Source: Candidatus Fermentibacteraceae bacterium
GTDB taxonomy: Bacteria; Fermentibacterota; Fermentibacteria; Fermentibacterales; JCC-6
DNA length: 64,000 nt
Reading direction: 5' to 3'
Assembly: GCA_041750285.1 (NCBI GenBank)
Contig: JBGSZS010000004.1
Coordinates: 160,001 to 224,000, forward strand
The notes under the pieces were generated by a model. The model did no database searches. It worked only from the letters and a program-made list of their open reading frames with translations, and was not told where the DNA came from. Both the position numbers and the translations under genes were made by a program. Positions 61,061 to 64,000 of this stretch are shown here, in pieces; position 1 is the first letter of the stretch, and the number at the start of each line of letters is the position of its first letter.

Positions 61061-62161
61061 TGCCCGCCGTTCTCTCTCAGGAACGCCTCGATGAATTCCT
61101 GTATGTCACCCGCTAGGAAACCCTCGACATTGGAGGTTTCCATTCCGGTTCTGTGGTCTTTCACCATCTGATAGGGATGCAGCACGTAACTCCTGATCTG
61201 GTTGCCCCAGGAAACGTCCTGTTTTATCCCCTCCAGCTTTTCCCGCTCCTTGCGGCGCTTCTCCTCCTCAAGTTCGAAGATCCGCGCCCTGAGTATGCGC
61301 CAGGCCAGCTCCCTGTTGCGGTGCTGGCTCCTCTCGTTCTGACACGAGACGGCTATGCCGGTCGGTATGTGAGTGAGCCGTATGGCGCTCGAGGTTTTGT
61401 TCACGTGCTGCCCCCCGGCACCGCTGGCCCGGAAGACGTCGGTCCTGACGTCCTCTTCGTCGATCTCCACACTCACCGAATCCTCGAGGTCGGGCAGGGG
61501 AAGAACACTTGCGAAGCTGGTGTGCCTTCTGTTGTTCTGATCGAAGGGGCTGCGGCGGACCAGCCTGTGAATGCCCCTCTCCGCGTTGAGGTAGCCGAAG
61601 GCGTAGGCGCCCCTGATGGAGACAACCCCCTCCCTGATGCCGCCCTCCTCACCTTCGGAGGTGCTCAGTATCTCGACTTCGAAGCCCTGCCTCTCCGCCC
61701 AGTAAACGTACATTCGCAGCAGCATCTCGGCCCAGTCCTGGCTGTCCACCCCGCCCGCTCCGCTCCGGATCGTGAGGATGGTGTCGCACTGGTCGTGGGG
61801 ACCGCTCAGCATCTGCCTGAACTCGAGGCTGTTCAGCGTCTTCTGAAGCCACTCCAGAGCCCTTTCCGCGTCGGCCTGCATGCCGGTGTCGCTTTCGGCT
61901 TCGAGGAGTTCGAGGGCGGTGGAGCCGTCTTCGAGCCTGCGGGTCATCTCGCCCAGGGGAGCCGTCCAGTTCTGAATGTGCCTCAGTTTGGAGATGGTTT
62001 CAAGGGCGGTGTTGCGATCCTCCCAGAAATCCGACGCTGCCATGAGACCATTGATCGTTTCCTCGGATTTCAGCAATCCGGGGTAGTCAAAGACGCTCCT
62101 TGAGGAGTTGAAGCCTTTTCCCGGTTTCGCGGAAACCAGCGGCAAGTTCTTCGGTTGTCAT
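61057..62161 (-). CDS. prfB: Peptide chain release factor 2, translated through a programmed +1 frameshift
   Basis: GGAGG RBS, ATG at 62161, 24 codons to AGGAG-CGT-CTT-TGA-C; downstream frame has SPF and GGQ motifs. Confidence 0.96.
62086..62100 (-). promoter_or_regulatory. prfB +1 frameshift site
   Basis: Internal SD AGGAG, 3 nt spacer, CTT TGA C. Confidence 0.95.
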
Positions 62162-62242
62162 GCGAAAACCTCCGTAAACAGTTCATCAACCCGTACAATA
62201 TACTCCATCGTGCCGCGGGATGACTCATCGCATATTCCCCCC

Positions 62243-63502
62243 ATGTTGGACCATCCACTGCAGTTCCTTCCGATGTTCAGAGACACCGTCGGCGCCCATC
62301 CCGTTTTCGGCCTCGGGATTCTTCTTGCGGGAAGCTGGTTACTCGGCAGGATGGCCGAACGATTCGGGGTGCCGTCGGTCACGGGGTTCATCATCGCCGG
62401 AATGCTCCTTGGACCAGGGGTTTCGGGCATGGTTCGCAGCGACCTTTACATGAAGACGCAAACCGTGACCCAGATCGCGGTCTCGATGATCGCGGTGGTG
62501 ATAGGCAGCGAGTTCAATCTGGCCCGGATGGGCAGGATACGCCGGGCCATGGCCATCATTACGGTGATGCAGCTCGGCGTGACGTTCCTTCTCGTTTCGC
62601 TCGCCCTGCTCGCAACCGGTCTGATGCCGCTTCCGGTGGCCCTGCTGCTCGGAGCCATCGCCACATCCACCTCGCCGGCATCAACGGTTGCGATCGCACG
62701 CGACCTGAAGGCCGGGGGATCCTTCATCGATCACCTTTACGGCGCCATTCCCCTCGACGATGCGGGCTGTCTGTTCCTGTTCGCGATCGTGGCTGCCTTT
62801 TCCGGGGGGTTCCTGATGCCGGTGGACTCATCGGTTCCCCAGTCCGTCCTGTTCTTCCTGAGAGAGGCCGCAGGCTCGCTGGTTCTCGGCCTGGCTACCG
62901 GCGCGGCGATCAGAAGGAGCACGGCGGCGGCCGAGGGATCGAATTCGGTCTACATCGTCAGCCTTGGCCTGATCTGCCTGATGACGGCGTTTGCCTCATC
63001 CTTCGAGCTTTCGCCACTTCTTTCCGGAATGGCGGCGGGCGCTGTGATAGCAAACAGCCCCGGAAAGGGCAGGAACGTCATCGACTCGCTGGACAGGCTG
63101 TCGCCCCCGCTTTACGCAGTTTTCTTCGCCATCGCCGGAAGTGAGCTGGACTTCGCCGTTTTCGGGCAGGGATCGGTGCTCCTGCTGGGAATCACCTACA
63201 TACTTGCCCGGGCCGCGGGCAAGTACGGCGGCGTGTGGCTTGGGGGTGCGCTTTCAGGAAGCGGGCGCGGCGTGCGAAACTATCTGGGGCTCGCCATGAT
63301 GCCCCACTCCGGAGTGACCATCGGCCTGCTGCTCTACATACAGGCCCAGGCGATCCATCCCGGGGCGGCAGACTTCCCGCCGGTCATGGTGAACATCGTT
63401 CTCATGGCGGTTTTCGTGAATGAGCTGGCAGGGCCGCTTCTTACAAGGTTCGCCATTCTGAGGGCCTCGAAGCCAGCCCGGGCCGGGTGGGCCGGTAAGT
63501 GA
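62243..63502 (+). CDS. Cation:proton antiporter (CPA2/Na+/H+ exchanger family)
   Basis: PSVTGFIIAGMLLGP, IGSEF, ATSTSPAST, PLDD, RAAGKYGG; start uncertain. Confidence 0.88.
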   Translation: MLDHPLQFLPMFRDTVGAHPVFGLGILLAGSWLLGRMAERFGVPSVTGFIIAGMLLGPGVSGMVRSDLYMKTQTVTQIAVSMIAVVIGSEFNLARMGRIRRAMAIITVMQLGVTFLLVSLALLATGLMPLPVALLLGAIATSTSPASTVAIARDLKAGGSFIDHLYGAIPLDDAGCLFLFAIVAAFSGGFLMPVDSSVPQSVLFFLREAAGSLVLGLATGAAIRRSTAAAEGSNSVYIVSLGLICLMTAFASSFELSPLLSGMAAGAVIANSPGKGRNVIDSLDRLSPPLYAVFFAIAGSELDFAVFGQGSVLLLGITYILARAAGKYGGVWLGGALSGSGRGVRNYLGLAMMPHSGVTIGLLLYIQAQAIHPGAADFPPVMVNIVLMAVFVNELAGPLLTRFAILRASKPARAGWAGK

Positions 63503-63524
63503 TACAGAGCTGTATATTACCCCA

Positions 63525-64000
63525 ATGCTTGTCAACATTGCATCAGCGATCGTGACCTTCAGGGACACGGTCAGCGCACATCCTGTATTCGGGATAGGCA
63601 TCCTTCTGGTGGGAAGCTGGTTTCTGGGAAGGCTCGCGGCGGCGCTGCGGCTTCCTTCCATAACCGGCTTCATCATCGCCGGCATGCTCCTCGGCCCCTG
63701 GGTGCTGGGTCTTGTCCACTCCGACCTTCACGATGAGCTGGGCATAATCACCGAAACTGCCCTGGCGGTGATAGCGCTGGTCATAGGCAGCGAGTTCAGC
63801 GCAGCCAAGCTGAAGCGAACAGGCAGACCGGTCATCATTATTACGACCGTTCAGCTGCTGCTGACCTTCCTTGCGGTCACCCTGACCCTTTACCTTACCG
63901 GGCTTGCCGGGCTTTCACTTGCGGCGGTTCTCGGCGCGATAGCCACCGCCACCGCTCCCGCCGCAACCGTGGCAATTGTCAGGGAACTGAAGGCCAGGGG
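63525..64000 (+). CDS. Second cation:proton antiporter paralog (runs off window end)
   Basis: Hand translation MLVNIASAIVTFRDTVSAHPVFGIGILLVGSW..PSITGFIIAGMLLGP..IGSEF..TATAPAATVAIVRELKA, clearly paralogous to the preceding gene. Confidence 0.85.
   Translation, partial: MLVNIASAIVTFRDTVSAHPVFGIGILLVGSWFLGRLAAALRLPSITGFIIAGMLLGPWVLGLVHSDLHDELGIITETALAVIALVIGSEFSAAKLKRTGRPVIIITTVQLLLTFLAVTLTLYLTGLAGLSLAAVLGAIATATAPAATVAIVRELKAR

Noticed and set aside
62093..62145. prfB as a pseudogene or with the ORF-track start at 62145
   Set aside because: Explained by the canonical programmed frameshift.

Overview
A dense, GC-rich bacterial window of about 50 genes with no mobile elements, CRISPR arrays or RNA genes that I can see. 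A LpxC-FabZ fusion, a SprA-like translocon and a C-terminal TWxxxK tail point to a diderm FCB-group lineage outside Bacteroidota, possibly Fermentibacterota-like (inference). In order: (1) minus-strand housekeeping run (GGDEF, amidohydrolase, nadC, coaX, coaC, mtnA, secreted propeller protein, dnaK, dnaJ, mutS2); (2) an operon of five lipoproteins carrying nine copies of one acidic ~90-aa domain; (3) an orphan histidine kinase; (4) a glycan-modification operon (pyruvyltransferase-FrhB fusion, flippase-like protein, repeat protein, GT-C-type transferase) converging on two tandem type IV pilins; (5) a type IVa pilus locus, pilB-pilB-pilT-pilC-pilS-pilR-pilA-pilA, directly downstream of a ~1855-aa SprA homologue; (6) lptFG, flavodoxin, serC, ligA, a pseudo-M1 peptidase lipoprotein, an ECF sigma/anti-sigma pair; (7) the prfB (+1 frameshift)-lysS-lolC-lolD-clpC-bamA-skp-lpxD-lpxC/fabZ-lpxA run; (8) tandem cation:proton antiporters. 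The best candidate for an undescribed system is the surface locus at about 10.7-36.7 kb. It has two complementary PilB motors (one with an intact c-di-GMP MshEN motif but an Asp-box D-to-N change, one catalytically canonical with a degenerate MshEN), two Cys3His pilins each with its own sigma54 promoter, a SprA translocon with no other T9SS genes nearby, and the repeat-domain lipoprotein array.
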